From the IMG/VR virus record IMGVR_UViG_3300027804_002812, positions 64,001 to 128,000 of that record: 64,000 bases of DNA. One strand, given 5' to 3'. The DNA comes from a virus (lineage: Duplodnaviria > Caudoviricetes). A model generated the notes under the pieces. The model saw nothing but the letters and a program-made list of their open reading frames with translations. It did no database searches and was not told the DNA's origin. The position numbers and the translations under genes were made by a program. This document shows positions 28,941 to 38,443 of this stretch, one piece after another (the first letter of the stretch is position 1; each line of letters starts with the position of its first letter).

Positions 28941-29814
28941 ATATTTTGTTAAATTCTTCTAATATTTTATAAAAACTTTTATTTTGTTGGAATAATTCTT
29001 CCGACGTTCCTCTTGGAGCATTATCTCTACACCACCAAATATCAAAATGTTTTCTTTCAAAAAGTTCTTTATGATTATAATACATAAGGGTCATTATATG
29101 TTCTTCATGTGGAATACCTTTGTCTTCAGATATAATGTTTTGAATATAGGTTTCAAACAAAGTAACCATTTCGTCCCACTTACTTTTGTGACCACCAAAA
29201 AGCCCTCCAATAATATGTAATCCTCTATCGTATTCTTTATACCATTTTCTGTCTACAGTACCTGACCAAAAGTTTCTATCGTTTTCTTTTCCGATAATTA
29301 AAAACTTATCTTTGGTTTCTTCAATAACATTTTTCAAAAATTCATTATTAAATAAGGAACTTTCATAATATCTTCTAACTAAACCATCGTGAGTCAAATA
29401 TTTTAATGGAATCAAACCGCAATGAGATAAACCAGCGTCAATCCAATAATAATAGTCGTATGATTTATCTTCGTTCCACCACCAATGAAATTTTGAATAT
29501 TGAATTTCTACACATCTATCAGACTTTTTGGTTTCGTCAATATTCTTATATTGATTAATTAAATCTCTGAATTTTGTTTGTGAAATATCAAATGTTTGAA
29601 ATTTTAATTTCTCGGGGGAAATTTGATTTTCTTCATAAAAGAATTTAATTAGTGAATCTAATTCTCTATCTGAAGTGTAACACAAAAAATCTGCGTCTGT
29701 CATCTTTAGTAATGATAACAAACTATATCTATAATGACCTCCCCTGTTTGTTCTTCCACCAAACTCAGTTCCATATAAGTCACTATATATCGAAGTTATA
29801 AATTTAACTGACAT
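28933..29814 (-). CDS. HtrL-like glycosyltransferase (second paralog)
   Basis: 293 aa; KFITSIYSD, YYWIDAGLSH, IIGGLFGG, HEEHIMT. Confidence 0.55.
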   Translation of the reverse strand: MSVKFITSIYSDLYGTEFGGRTNRGGHYRYSLLSLLKMTDADFLCYTSDRELDSLIKFFYEENQISPEKLKFQTFDISQTKFRDLINQYKNIDETKKSDRCVEIQYSKFHWWWNEDKSYDYYYWIDAGLSHCGLIPLKYLTHDGLVRRYYESSLFNNEFLKNVIEETKDKFLIIGKENDRNFWSGTVDRKWYKEYDRGLHIIGGLFGGHKSKWDEMVTLFETYIQNIISEDKGIPHEEHIMTLMYYNHKELFERKHFDIWWCRDNAPRGTSEELFQQNKSFYKILEEFNKIYE

Positions 29815-30550
29815 AATAAAATTTATGATGTTCGTTTTTATCTTTCATTTCTTGGACTTTATACTGGTCCATAAATTCATTAGGTATTTTTCTTGGTGTC
29901 CACCTGTTCCAATTATATGTTTGCATATACCAATTGTTGTACATACCTTCTGATATGTTTGAGTAATTCGATTTCTGTGGAGCAATTGGTAATATTGGCG
30001 AATAACTTTGATGTTTTTGAACTATAAACTGATAGGTGTAATCGTCTAATGCAAAGTAATATTCTCCACTTGTAGTAAACGCGGTTTGCGAAATATCAAA
30101 AATTTTGTCATAAATTGACTCATCATAAATCACCATGTTAGCACCGTAAATCCCTCTACATTCTGACGGAGCATCAGGAGTATTTGTCATATCAAACAAT
30201 AACTCATACTTGTCACTAACATTGATAGGTCTATTTTGTGTTGGTCCCAAATTAAACATTGCGAACTCCAAATCAGAACAAGTTTCTTCGATTTGTTCCA
30301 ATAAATCTTTCGCGTATGGCATAAACCCGCAATCGTCTTCAATTAACATCACTCTTGGATATTTTCTTTCTTGAGCAATTTTAATAATTTCGAATGTGGA
30401 TTTGGTAATACCCATATATGAGTTTGTATCTATTGCTGAAAACCTTTCAAAATCCCAACCAATGTATTCCATTTCTTTGGTTATTGATTCCATTCTATCA
30501 GGTCTTCTATCCAAGTTTATGACAAACTTTGGTATTTCTGAAAACTTCAT
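29804..30550 (-). CDS. GT25-like glycosyltransferase
   Basis: 248 aa; FVINLDRRPDRM...FERFSAID...LIEDD. Confidence 0.75.
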   Translation of the reverse strand: MKFSEIPKFVINLDRRPDRMESITKEMEYIGWDFERFSAIDTNSYMGITKSTFEIIKIAQERKYPRVMLIEDDCGFMPYAKDLLEQIEETCSDLEFAMFNLGPTQNRPINVSDKYELLFDMTNTPDAPSECRGIYGANMVIYDESIYDKIFDISQTAFTTSGEYYFALDDYTYQFIVQKHQSYSPILPIAPQKSNYSNISEGMYNNWYMQTYNWNRWTPRKIPNEFMDQYKVQEMKDKNEHHKFYYVS

Positions 30551-31812
30551 TAACTAACGTGATTGTGATTTAATTGTCCGGTTAATCTATCACACCAACC
30601 TTTAGATTCTGAGTGAGGCCATACCACCCAATATGATGGTAGTACTGTTGTAGGAAATTCTCTCCATACTTTACAGTATTTGTCAGGGTCTTTGAAAAAT
30701 CCATTAATTTCATTTTTGTCGGCATCTTTTCTGAAAATGGTCTCATCATTTGGTCCGTGGAAGGCAACAACCCAAAAATCATAATCCTTTTCAGGAACAC
30801 TTGAATATCCAACATCAATACAATGTTTATAGATAGTTGAGAAACTATTTTTCCATTCTTCCTCATCTTCAATTAGAGGACTTGGTGGATATTTTTTGTC
30901 TATACAATGTTGGTCAACTGCTCTTTTTTCAAATAGTAAACCGGAATATTTTTCATATTCTCTGAGTGTTCTGACTGTACCAAACCCATAAGGTCCGTCA
31001 TGACCTTCTTGAGTTTCACCATCCATACCAAATAGTTTTCTATTTGTTAAGTGAGAATGTTTGTTTTTGTCTCCCCACGTTTTATCGTCGTCCCATTGTT
31101 TGGTTCTACCTTTACGAGTATATTCATGATAGACAACAGGAATGTGTGGGTGGAACAAATCATAACCCCAAGTATATGCTCTTGCCGCAATAGAAATTTC
31201 TTCTCCGTGAAAATAGTATTCTGGGTTGTGTTGTACCTCTGTTGAGAATTGTCCGAGTGTAAAACAGAAGTGAGCAGAATAGAATCTTGCGGTAACAGGT
31301 TTTGTCATCTCTCTCCAACCTGGTATTGTCTCAGGTAAAAAGAATACTGCACCTTCGGGAATGAATCTATCAAATGCCATTCTCCAAGCGTCTTGTGCTC
31401 GACCTGCGGGATCGTTTTCAGGGTCAAATGAAGGAACATAACCTGTTAACAAAGGTTTCTTATATCCATCCTTTTGTAATCCTTTAATCATTTTGATTAA
31501 TACATCATCCCAGTCCTTGATGAATCTCATGTGAGAATCAATTTGAAGTGTGTATGTTTCACCATCATAAAGTTGTTGTGTCAGATTTCTAGCGAAACAA
31601 ACTCCCTTAGATTCCTGATATGGAATATCCAAGATTTTGAATCGTTTATCTTTTCTATACTCATCCAAATTATCGAATCCGTCAGATTCACTATATTGTC
31701 TTGCAATACCGAAAACCAAATTATTTGGTTTTTTTGCATTTGCAATCATGTCTTTAAGGGTTGGAACCAACTGAGGGTCTCTGTAAGAAGCAATCTGAAT
31801 AAAAATTTTCAT
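30550..31812 (-). CDS. GT60-family (Skp1 Gnt1/TcOGNT-like) polypeptide alpha-GlcNAc/HexNAc transferase with C-terminal accessory domain
   Basis: IFIQIASYRD, GVCFAR, TLQIDSHMRF (DxH), LTGY, SAHFCF, YFHGEEISIAARAYTWGYDLFHP, VVYHEY; start reassigned to ATG 31812 (MKIFIQ) because track start 31869 runs through a terminator. Confidence 0.8.
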   Translation of the reverse strand: MKIFIQIASYRDPQLVPTLKDMIANAKKPNNLVFGIARQYSESDGFDNLDEYRKDKRFKILDIPYQESKGVCFARNLTQQLYDGETYTLQIDSHMRFIKDWDDVLIKMIKGLQKDGYKKPLLTGYVPSFDPENDPAGRAQDAWRMAFDRFIPEGAVFFLPETIPGWREMTKPVTARFYSAHFCFTLGQFSTEVQHNPEYYFHGEEISIAARAYTWGYDLFHPHIPVVYHEYTRKGRTKQWDDDKTWGDKNKHSHLTNRKLFGMDGETQEGHDGPYGFGTVRTLREYEKYSGLLFEKRAVDQHCIDKKYPPSPLIEDEEEWKNSFSTIYKHCIDVGYSSVPEKDYDFWVVAFHGPNDETIFRKDADKNEINGFFKDPDKYCKVWREFPTTVLPSYWVVWPHSESKGWCDRLTGQLNHNHVS

Positions 31813-31836
31813 TTGATTTATATTTTTACTATAAAA

Positions 31837-31866
31837 TAAAAAAACCCTCCGATAAGTGGAGGGTTT
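31837..31866 (-). terminator. Rho-independent terminator between PT-repeat gene block and GT block
   Basis: AAACCCTCC-N7-GGAGGGTTT followed on minus strand by TTTTATTTT. Confidence 0.8.
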
Positions 31867-31890
31867 CAAGCGTATAATTATGAATTATTT

Positions 31891-32895
31891 TTAATCTGTA
31901 ATTGTTACTACAAGGGAATCCGATGCCTGTAATGGCACCGCACTTAGAGTCGTACTTATGTTTACTGGAGGAGATATCGGTGTTGGGCCAGATATTGTTA
32001 TTCCATTTAGAACAACTGTAAAACTTATTGATGTATTACCCGTAACATTAACTTGTGGATTATTATTTGTAAGTCCGTGGTCGGCCGATAGAGTTTGACC
32101 TGATGACACAGGGAAACTTCCTGTTGGATTAGTTAATGTGATAGATCCAACGTTATCGAAGAAGCTCGTAAATGCTGCGTTTGATGTCGTGTTATTTACA
32201 AATCTTGTGTTATAAACTTTTGTTGCGGTCGGAGTTGGTGTTGGAGTTGTTGTTGTAGTGTTGGTAGGAGTAACAGTTGGAGTACTTGTTGGAGTTGATG
32301 TTGCAGTTGGTGTAAGTCCCACACTCGCTGTTGGAGTTGCGGTTGGAGTTGCGGTAGATGTGTTAGTTGGTGTTGAAGTTGTTGTTTGGGTTAGAGTGGT
32401 TGTTGTTGTTGGAGTTGGTGTTGAAGTGGTTGTTGCTGTTGGAGTTGCGGTTGGTGTTGCCGTAGATGTGTTAGTTGGTGTTGAAGTTGTTGTTTGAGTT
32501 GGAGTTTGTGTGGTTGTAACACTTGGAGTTGGTGTAGAGGTTTCAGTATTCGTAGGCGTTGGAGTTGGAGTACCGGTTTGTGTGGTTGTAACACTTGGAG
32601 TTGGAGTATTAGTCGCAGTATTAGTCGGTGTTACTGTTGGAGATGGTGTTAGAGTAGGAGATGGTGTTGGAGTGTTTGTTGCCGAAATAGGAGGAAACGC
32701 TCCTTGATTGACCAATGATATGACTGACTTAAATGCCGGAGCAACAGTATAGGTACCATCAATAACCCATATATTTTTAGTTTGGTTTTGTAATAATTCA
32801 ACTTGATAATCCCAAAGTGAATCGTCACATCTTCTGTAACTGAAGTTAACTATTGTTGAACCTGTGTTCGTGAGTATATATTTACTACATGCCAT
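31891..32895 (-). CDS. Pro/Thr-repeat (mucin-like) putative virion protein
   Basis: 334 aa; MAC N-terminal domain, ~150-aa TPTP/TTTSTPT tract, C-terminal beta domain; TATTTAT upstream. Confidence 0.7.
   Translation of the reverse strand: MACSKYILTNTGSTIVNFSYRRCDDSLWDYQVELLQNQTKNIWVIDGTYTVAPAFKSVISLVNQGAFPPISATNTPTPSPTLTPSPTVTPTNTATNTPTPSVTTTQTGTPTPTPTNTETSTPTPSVTTTQTPTQTTTSTPTNTSTATPTATPTATTTSTPTPTTTTTLTQTTTSTPTNTSTATPTATPTASVGLTPTATSTPTSTPTVTPTNTTTTTPTPTPTATKVYNTRFVNNTTSNAAFTSFFDNVGSITLTNPTGSFPVSSGQTLSADHGLTNNNPQVNVTGNTSISFTVVLNGITISGPTPISPPVNISTTLSAVPLQASDSLVVTITD
32221..32685 (-). repeat. Thr/Pro coding tandem repeat
   Basis: Includes exact 35-nt direct repeat at 32354-32388 and 32462-32496. 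Confidence 0.85.
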
Positions 32896-32978
32896 TGTTT
32901 TTCTTATTTATCTTATAAATACTACAAAGTTGTACAATTTCCCATAGTTTATCATTAAAAAAAAAAATTGTTCAATTT

Positions 32979-33542
32979 TCAACAAATTCCTTTGTTTATT
33001 ATTAAAGTTCCACTTAATTGAACAAAAATCGCACCATCAGAAACCGTAAAGAAGTTACCGATTGGTGGGATAGTTAACTCTCTATTTCCATAAACTCTGT
33101 CGCCAACCTCAAGTTCATGAAAAGGTATTGTTGTAAATACCGTGACATTTGCAGGATTTGCGATTTGATTTACCGATTGACAAACATTTTGATACCATCC
33201 ACCGGCGCGTAAATTTCTTTCATATACCGCAGACGGAGTAACGGATGGTGTTGGAGAGTAAGTCGGTGTTGGAGTTTGTGTAATTGATGTTGGGGTTATA
33301 CTTACGGTTGGAGTTACTGATGGAGTGATAGACGGAGTTGGTGTAGCCGTTGGACATAATCCTATGTTTGTAATGTCCAACGGCCCACTATAACTTTCTT
33401 TTACCAAATCTTCTGCACAAACATACTCTGTGTTTAATGGAGATATGGTTCCGACACTTATAATACTAGTACAACCAGTATATCGATAATATCCATTTTC
33501 AACACTATTGTAGTTTATTATTTGGTAATAGTTACATGCCAT
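32979..33542 (-). CDS. Pro/Thr-repeat (mucin-like) putative virion protein
   Basis: 187 aa; MAC N-terminus, CPTATPTPSITPSVTPT... ~40-aa tract, Cys-containing flanking domains. Confidence 0.65.
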   Translation of the reverse strand: MACNYYQIINYNSVENGYYRYTGCTSIISVGTISPLNTEYVCAEDLVKESYSGPLDITNIGLCPTATPTPSITPSVTPTVSITPTSITQTPTPTYSPTPSVTPSAVYERNLRAGGWYQNVCQSVNQIANPANVTVFTTIPFHELEVGDRVYGNRELTIPPIGNFFTVSDGAIFVQLSGTLIINKGIC

Positions 33543-33543
33543 A

Positions 33544-35928
33544 TTATACTTGTGATATTGTTACAATAACTGATGGTGTTGCAGGTTTTGCGTATGGTGT
33601 TGTTTGTACTGGTTCACCTAACAACTCATAGGTAATATCTGCAGAGGCCCAAACAATTTCAAGATAATCGTTAGCATTCATTGATTCCGCAATATTCCAA
33701 GCTGCAACAAGTTTACCGTAAGCACCTTGTTTTGCAACTTGCATTTCCGTATTTGAGTTTGCTAAATCAACACCATTCTTTCTAAACCAAATCGCCACTT
33801 CATCGGTATTACTTGAGGTTTTACTTAGTTGAGCTGAGAATTGAAGGTTATAAACCCCTGTGTTTAATACCACAAATCTTGTACTTGCACTTAATACAAC
33901 ACCGCTAGACAACGTAGTAGTGTTTGCACTCATAACTTGCGGTGTATTAACAGTGCTTAATGGTTGTGTTCCACTATCAAAAAACGCCCCGTAAGATTTT
34001 GTTGTTCCTGAAGGAGATACTCCTGAAGACCCACTAGTTCCTGAAGAACCTGATGTACCTGTAGAACCGCTAGTTCCTGATGAACCAGATGTGCCTGTAG
34101 AACCTGAACTTCCTGAAGAACCGCTAGTTCCTGATGTTCCAGAACTTCCTGAAGAACCGCTAGTTCCTGATGTTCCACTAGATCCAGAAGTCCCACTAGT
34201 TCCTGATGTTCCATTTGTTCCTGATGTTCCAGAACTTCCTGAAGAACCGCTAGTTCCTGATGTTCCAGAACTTCCTGAAGAACCGCTAGTTCCTGATGTT
34301 CCAGAAGTACCACTTGATCCGTCAGTTCCCGAACTACCGCTAGTTCCTGATGTGCCAGAAGAACCATCACCACCAGCGGCCCCCTCTAAATTCACTAACC
34401 ACGTAGAATAACTTCCGGATCCAATAATGCCAGTAACATTAACAACCATATTACCATTTGATGGATTGTAACTCACTACCGTACCAATCATATGGTTTGA
34501 AAGGTCATAGGCAATAATAACGTCTTGTGCAATACTATATCCTAAATTAGTTCCAACTACAAAAGTTCCAGTACTACCTGTTTGAATTGGTAATAAAGTT
34601 GACGATGTTGTTCGATATAAGTCTCCTGCGAGACCGCTAGAACCTGACGTTCCACTTGTACCAGAAGATCCATTAGAACCTGATGTTCCACTTGTTCCTG
34701 ATGAACCAGAAGTACCTGACGTTCCATTTGTACCTGAAGTACCAGAAGTTCCTGACGTTCCATTTGTACCGCTAGTTCCACTCGATCCTGCACCACCAAT
34801 CACTCCAATTGTTCCACCTGTTATTCCAATCGTAATATTATCTGGTCTTACACCTCCAATTTTTGATATAGTCGCGGTCCCAAGATATGCTGTTTCTTGA
34901 ATACTATTGTCACCAAATTTAATTGTAGACCCACTTTGTGGTATAGTTATTCCTGATGGATTTATTATGAAAGATAATGAACCTTGATATTCATTTGGTT
35001 TTGTAGCATAAAATCTGAATTCAGTTGGAGTACTTGTCGCACTGAAGGTACCTAAAGAATACATATCCATAAACGTGTGAGGTAAATCCCCTGGAATACC
35101 GAAACCTGATTCAGTTGTCCAACCTACACCAGCAAATCTTGCAATTGGCCCTACTTTGGTATTTGTTGGAAATTGCGCGGTACCTCCCGCATGTCGACCA
35201 CCAAATTGACTAAATCGTGTGTCTCCATAACTATCGTTAACAATTCTACTTACTTGGTTATCGTGACCAGTCACGTGAATCATTCCACCAGGATTCACAG
35301 GTGGAGCAGAATACCCCCCATCATTTCCTATAATTTCAAAAACCGAAGCATTATTTGGATTTTGGTACGAAGACGTGATAAAAACTTGTCCATTGGGATC
35401 AACTCTAAAAACACCGAGATCCACTGTCTGTCCACTTATTCCTTCGACAATCAAACCACCTGATTGAACCCTCAAAAAATTAAATAAATTACTCAAGGTT
35501 ACGGTATTACCTGAAGGAGAGTCAGGTAATAGTTTCAAACTGGCATTCCCTAAAATAACATCACTCCAAGGATGTTCAACTGAACCCAAAGAATTACCGC
35601 TAAAAAAAGGTAAGAAATTTCCATTAAGAAACATATCTCCATTTCCTGGAATTATGAGTAAATTTTCATTTGTTATACCTGAAATTGTGTTACCCGATAA
35701 AACTATTGCATTTGTATAAATAGATTTTAAGGAATTCAATAAGTCCCCTATTTGGTAAGTATTGTCAGTATCAGGAATCAAATTTTGAACCATAACCCCA
35801 AAAGGGGAACTTTTCCATAAATCCTGAATGTTCATATTATAGGTTACACCACTAGCAACAATTGGAATTAACGAAGTGTTGGTTGATGCTGTTAAGTTAG
35901 GTAATCCTGATATTGGTAAATTAGGCAT
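33544..35928 (-). CDS. Collagen-like (Gly-Ser/Thr-X) fibre with C1q/BclA-like C-terminal domain
   Basis: 794 aa; MPNLPISGLP start, LIPDTDNTYQIGD/LGSVEHPWSDVI fibre motifs, two GXY tracts of GTS/GSS/GTN, C-term YGAF...TGVYNLQFSAQL...WFRKNG...DYLEIVW. Confidence 0.7.
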   Translation of the reverse strand: MPNLPISGLPNLTASTNTSLIPIVASGVTYNMNIQDLWKSSPFGVMVQNLIPDTDNTYQIGDLLNSLKSIYTNAIVLSGNTISGITNENLLIIPGNGDMFLNGNFLPFFSGNSLGSVEHPWSDVILGNASLKLLPDSPSGNTVTLSNLFNFLRVQSGGLIVEGISGQTVDLGVFRVDPNGQVFITSSYQNPNNASVFEIIGNDGGYSAPPVNPGGMIHVTGHDNQVSRIVNDSYGDTRFSQFGGRHAGGTAQFPTNTKVGPIARFAGVGWTTESGFGIPGDLPHTFMDMYSLGTFSATSTPTEFRFYATKPNEYQGSLSFIINPSGITIPQSGSTIKFGDNSIQETAYLGTATISKIGGVRPDNITIGITGGTIGVIGGAGSSGTSGTNGTSGTSGTSGTNGTSGTSGSSGTSGTSGSNGSSGTSGTSGSSGLAGDLYRTTSSTLLPIQTGSTGTFVVGTNLGYSIAQDVIIAYDLSNHMIGTVVSYNPSNGNMVVNVTGIIGSGSYSTWLVNLEGAAGGDGSSGTSGTSGSSGTDGSSGTSGTSGTSGSSGSSGTSGTSGSSGSSGTSGTNGTSGTSGTSGSSGTSGTSGSSGSSGTSGTSGSSGSSGSTGTSGSSGTSGSTGTSGSSGTSGSSGVSPSGTTKSYGAFFDSGTQPLSTVNTPQVMSANTTTLSSGVVLSASTRFVVLNTGVYNLQFSAQLSKTSSNTDEVAIWFRKNGVDLANSNTEMQVAKQGAYGKLVAAWNIAESMNANDYLEIVWASADITYELLGEPVQTTPYAKPATPSVIVTISQV
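34021..34370 (-). repeat. Gly-X-Y (GTS/GSS) coding tandem repeat, tract 2
   Basis: 36-nt unit agaacttcctgaagaaccgctagttcctgatgttcc at 34141, 34231, 34267 (near copy 34105). Confidence 0.85.
34636..34788 (-). repeat. Gly-X-Y coding tandem repeat, tract 1
   Basis: GSSGTSGTNGTSGTSGTSGTNG... Confidence 0.8.
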
Positions 35929-35955
35929 TTTCTTTTTATTTTATAAATATTGTTT

Positions 35956-38391
35956 TTATGTCACAATTATGTTGAACCCATCTTCTTGTTGTATTGTAAA
36001 ATAATCTTCTTGTGCTAAAAAGATAAATCCAGTTGGAGTTGGAGTTTGTGTAAATGTCGGTGTAGGAGTTGGTGTTCCAGTGTTAGTAGGTGTTACGGTT
36101 GGTGTTGGAGTTTTGGTTGCGGTTTGAGTATTAGTTTGGGTTACAGAAGGAGTATTAGTTGGAGTTGTAGTTGATGTTGGAGTTTTGGTTGCAGTTTGAG
36201 TATTAGTTGGGGTTTGGGTATTAGTTGGGGTTACAGAAGGAGTATTAGTTGGAGTTGGTGTAGATGTTTCAGTTGCGGTTGGAGTTTGTCCAACACTTGC
36301 TGTTGGGGTAACTGTTGACGTTTGAGTCACAGTTTGAGAAGGTGTCTGAGTTGGAGTTTCTGTATTTGTTGGAGTTACTGTTGGTGTTGGAGTTTGTGTT
36401 TCTGTAGCGGTCGGAGTTTGTCCAACACTAGCGGTTGGAGTCACACTTGCAGTTTGACTTGGAGTTTGTGTTGGAGTTTGTGTATTTGTTGGAGTTGGAG
36501 TTGTACTCGAAGTTGGGGTCGGACTCGGAAGAATAACAAAACAATCAGGACATTTTGGATCTAATAATCCATATCTTGTTTTTAACAATTTGAAATTATG
36601 CCAAACTTGTGACGCATTCAACGGTTCAACATACATTCTAAACGCACTGACATCACCAATCATACTACCACCAAAATATTCTTCTAACTTAATATGTGTG
36701 GTTAGTCCTGAGTATATTGTATTATCTAAATCGTCAGTTGTTAAACATTCGGGGTCTTGTTGATACGTAATCCCACTAATAGATTCTGGACATCCTCCCG
36801 AGAATGTTAAATTATCTTTAAGACCTTGAGTACCTCCACCCAAAGAAATATTATATCCAACACCAATTTGTTTTTCTCGTTCAACATCTAACAATCTTGG
36901 AATAATTTCTTCAAAGTTCTCGGCAACCATAAACAACTTGCCGTTTACGAATATTTTGAGAGTTCCTAATCTATATTTTTTTTCTTCGGTCCAATTATCA
37001 TTGAATGTAACAATTTCAGTTGTTGCCGGATCGTAAGGTAACTCATGAGTCAGTGGAGGTTCAATCAAACTAACACTATTGTTTGCTGGTGTTGCAGTAT
37101 AAATGGTATCAACAAGAAGACCCAACCCTCCCTTCTCATAAAGGTCACACGTATCTAACCATTGATTTCTTTGAAAGACAGCATCAATTTGAACCCAATG
37201 TTCCAACTGAATATATGGAGTATTTTTACAATCGTCAAAAATTCCTCGTGTTGAACACCATTCTGTAACTGATGTTCCTGTGTGATAAGTTAATCCTGTT
37301 TGACAAGTTCCTGTTGTTTCACAACCTCCAGTTATTGTATAGGTTTTTATACATAATCTCGGATTACCACTATCACCACTTAACCTTAATGAAAGTCCAT
37401 TTGATACTCCATCATATAAAGGATCTTTTTCAGCATATTTGGCGGTTACGCTACAATTACAAGGACAACCGCAATTACAATTCGTTGAAGTACCTCCTGA
37501 TATTTGATAAACTTCTAAACAAGTCGACGCAGTATTTGCTGAACTTGAACATCCACAAGTGTGCATACAAGTTAATCCTGACGTAACTCTTGTATATCCT
37601 GTATCTTGTTTAGGTGACCCATCGGCATAATGGTAGAATTTGTTTTCCGCTCTCGAACCCATATAAAAGAACGTACCTTTATTATTAGGGTATCGATTGT
37701 TCAGTCCTACACTTGTATCTCCTGTCCATCGGTATCTTAACATGAACTCCGCAGTCCATCCTAAAGGAACTCTCTGTGGAAAAATTTGATAATCATATCC
37801 AGGTATTTTATAAAACCCTTGAAAAAACCCACCATTTAGCCGAGCAAAATATCCTACCGCACCACCATCAGTTGCATAGTTCAAATCGTAACTATAAGAA
37901 TCATCATTCCATAGTCGGTTTTGTGTTGTAGTAAATCCTGTGATAGGATGAAGTTTCATTCTCCTATCGTATTTGTATCGACTATATTTGTCTGTATTGT
38001 TTGTGTAAAGCCCTGTAGTTATTTGTATTGTCTCACCTGACATTTTTTTAACCAAGCCATTATCAATACCGGTCAAACCAACATCACATAAGTCAGTAAC
38101 CTTTGGACAAAAGTTAGGGTCAATGTCATCAGGATTCCAATAATTTTCAGAAACAATTACGTCATTATCAAAAGTACATGAACCTGATTGGCATATCGTT
38201 GTACCCGTACTATTGAAATCAAATCTAAATGGCATTCTATTTCCATCGACTTCACCTATTAATAATGGTGAAAAAATTACCTCTTGGTCATAGTCCTTCT
38301 CGTCTGAAGCCAAACAGATATCGGTAATTTCGTTGACAGGTTTAATACCCCAACGTCTAAAATTATACTGATTAATATTTTGATATGCCAT
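35956..38391 (-). CDS. LamG/ConA-like lectin-fold protein with Cys-rich insert and C-terminal Pro/Thr tract
   Basis: 811 aa; [11 protein letters not shown] and [27 protein letters not shown] (LamG-type signature); CMHTCGC...[10 protein letters not shown]; ~165-aa PT tract; ends [21 protein letters not shown]. Confidence 0.65.
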   Translation of the reverse strand: MAYQNINQYNFRRWGIKPVNEITDICLASDEKDYDQEVIFSPLLIGEVDGNRMPFRFDFNSTGTTICQSGSCTFDNDVIVSENYWNPDDIDPNFCPKVTDLCDVGLTGIDNGLVKKMSGETIQITTGLYTNNTDKYSRYKYDRRMKLHPITGFTTTQNRLWNDDSYSYDLNYATDGGAVGYFARLNGGFFQGFYKIPGYDYQIFPQRVPLGWTAEFMLRYRWTGDTSVGLNNRYPNNKGTFFYMGSRAENKFYHYADGSPKQDTGYTRVTSGLTCMHTCGCSSSANTASTCLEVYQISGGTSTNCNCGCPCNCSVTAKYAEKDPLYDGVSNGLSLRLSGDSGNPRLCIKTYTITGGCETTGTCQTGLTYHTGTSVTEWCSTRGIFDDCKNTPYIQLEHWVQIDAVFQRNQWLDTCDLYEKGGLGLLVDTIYTATPANNSVSLIEPPLTHELPYDPATTEIVTFNDNWTEEKKYRLGTLKIFVNGKLFMVAENFEEIIPRLLDVEREKQIGVGYNISLGGGTQGLKDNLTFSGGCPESISGITYQQDPECLTTDDLDNTIYSGLTTHIKLEEYFGGSMIGDVSAFRMYVEPLNASQVWHNFKLLKTRYGLLDPKCPDCFVILPSPTPTSSTTPTPTNTQTPTQTPSQTASVTPTASVGQTPTATETQTPTPTVTPTNTETPTQTPSQTVTQTSTVTPTASVGQTPTATETSTPTPTNTPSVTPTNTQTPTNTQTATKTPTSTTTPTNTPSVTQTNTQTATKTPTPTVTPTNTGTPTPTPTFTQTPTPTGFIFLAQEDYFTIQQEDGFNIIVT
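36031..36530 (-). repeat. Thr/Pro coding tandem repeat
   Basis: [17 protein letters not shown]..., [13 protein letters not shown] twice. Confidence 0.85.
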
Positions 38392-38400
38392 AAACTAATG

Positions 38401-38427
38401 ATAAATACCTTATGTCATAGTATTTAT
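38401..38427. promoter_or_regulatory. Back-to-back TATTTAT motifs (divergent late-promoter-like site)
   Basis: ATAAATAC-N11-GTATTTAT between divergent genes starting 38391 (-) and 38444 (+). Confidence 0.6.
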
Positions 38428-38443
38428 AGATAAAAAATGCGCT

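Noticed and set aside
31813-31869. Track start of the GT60 ORF at 31869 (MKPSTYRR...)
   Set aside because: The extension runs through the terminator hairpin/T-tract; family similarity starts at MKIFIQ (31812)
34105-34302. 36-nt direct repeats resembling a CRISPR repeat length
   Set aside because: Copies are adjacent or separated by related sequence, in frame within the Gly-Ser-Thr tract; no unique spacers or cas genes
32258-36564. Val/Gly-, Gln/Leu- and Pro/Glu-repeat ORFs in other frames of the repeat tracts
   Set aside because: Expected by-products of low-complexity codon repeats lacking stops
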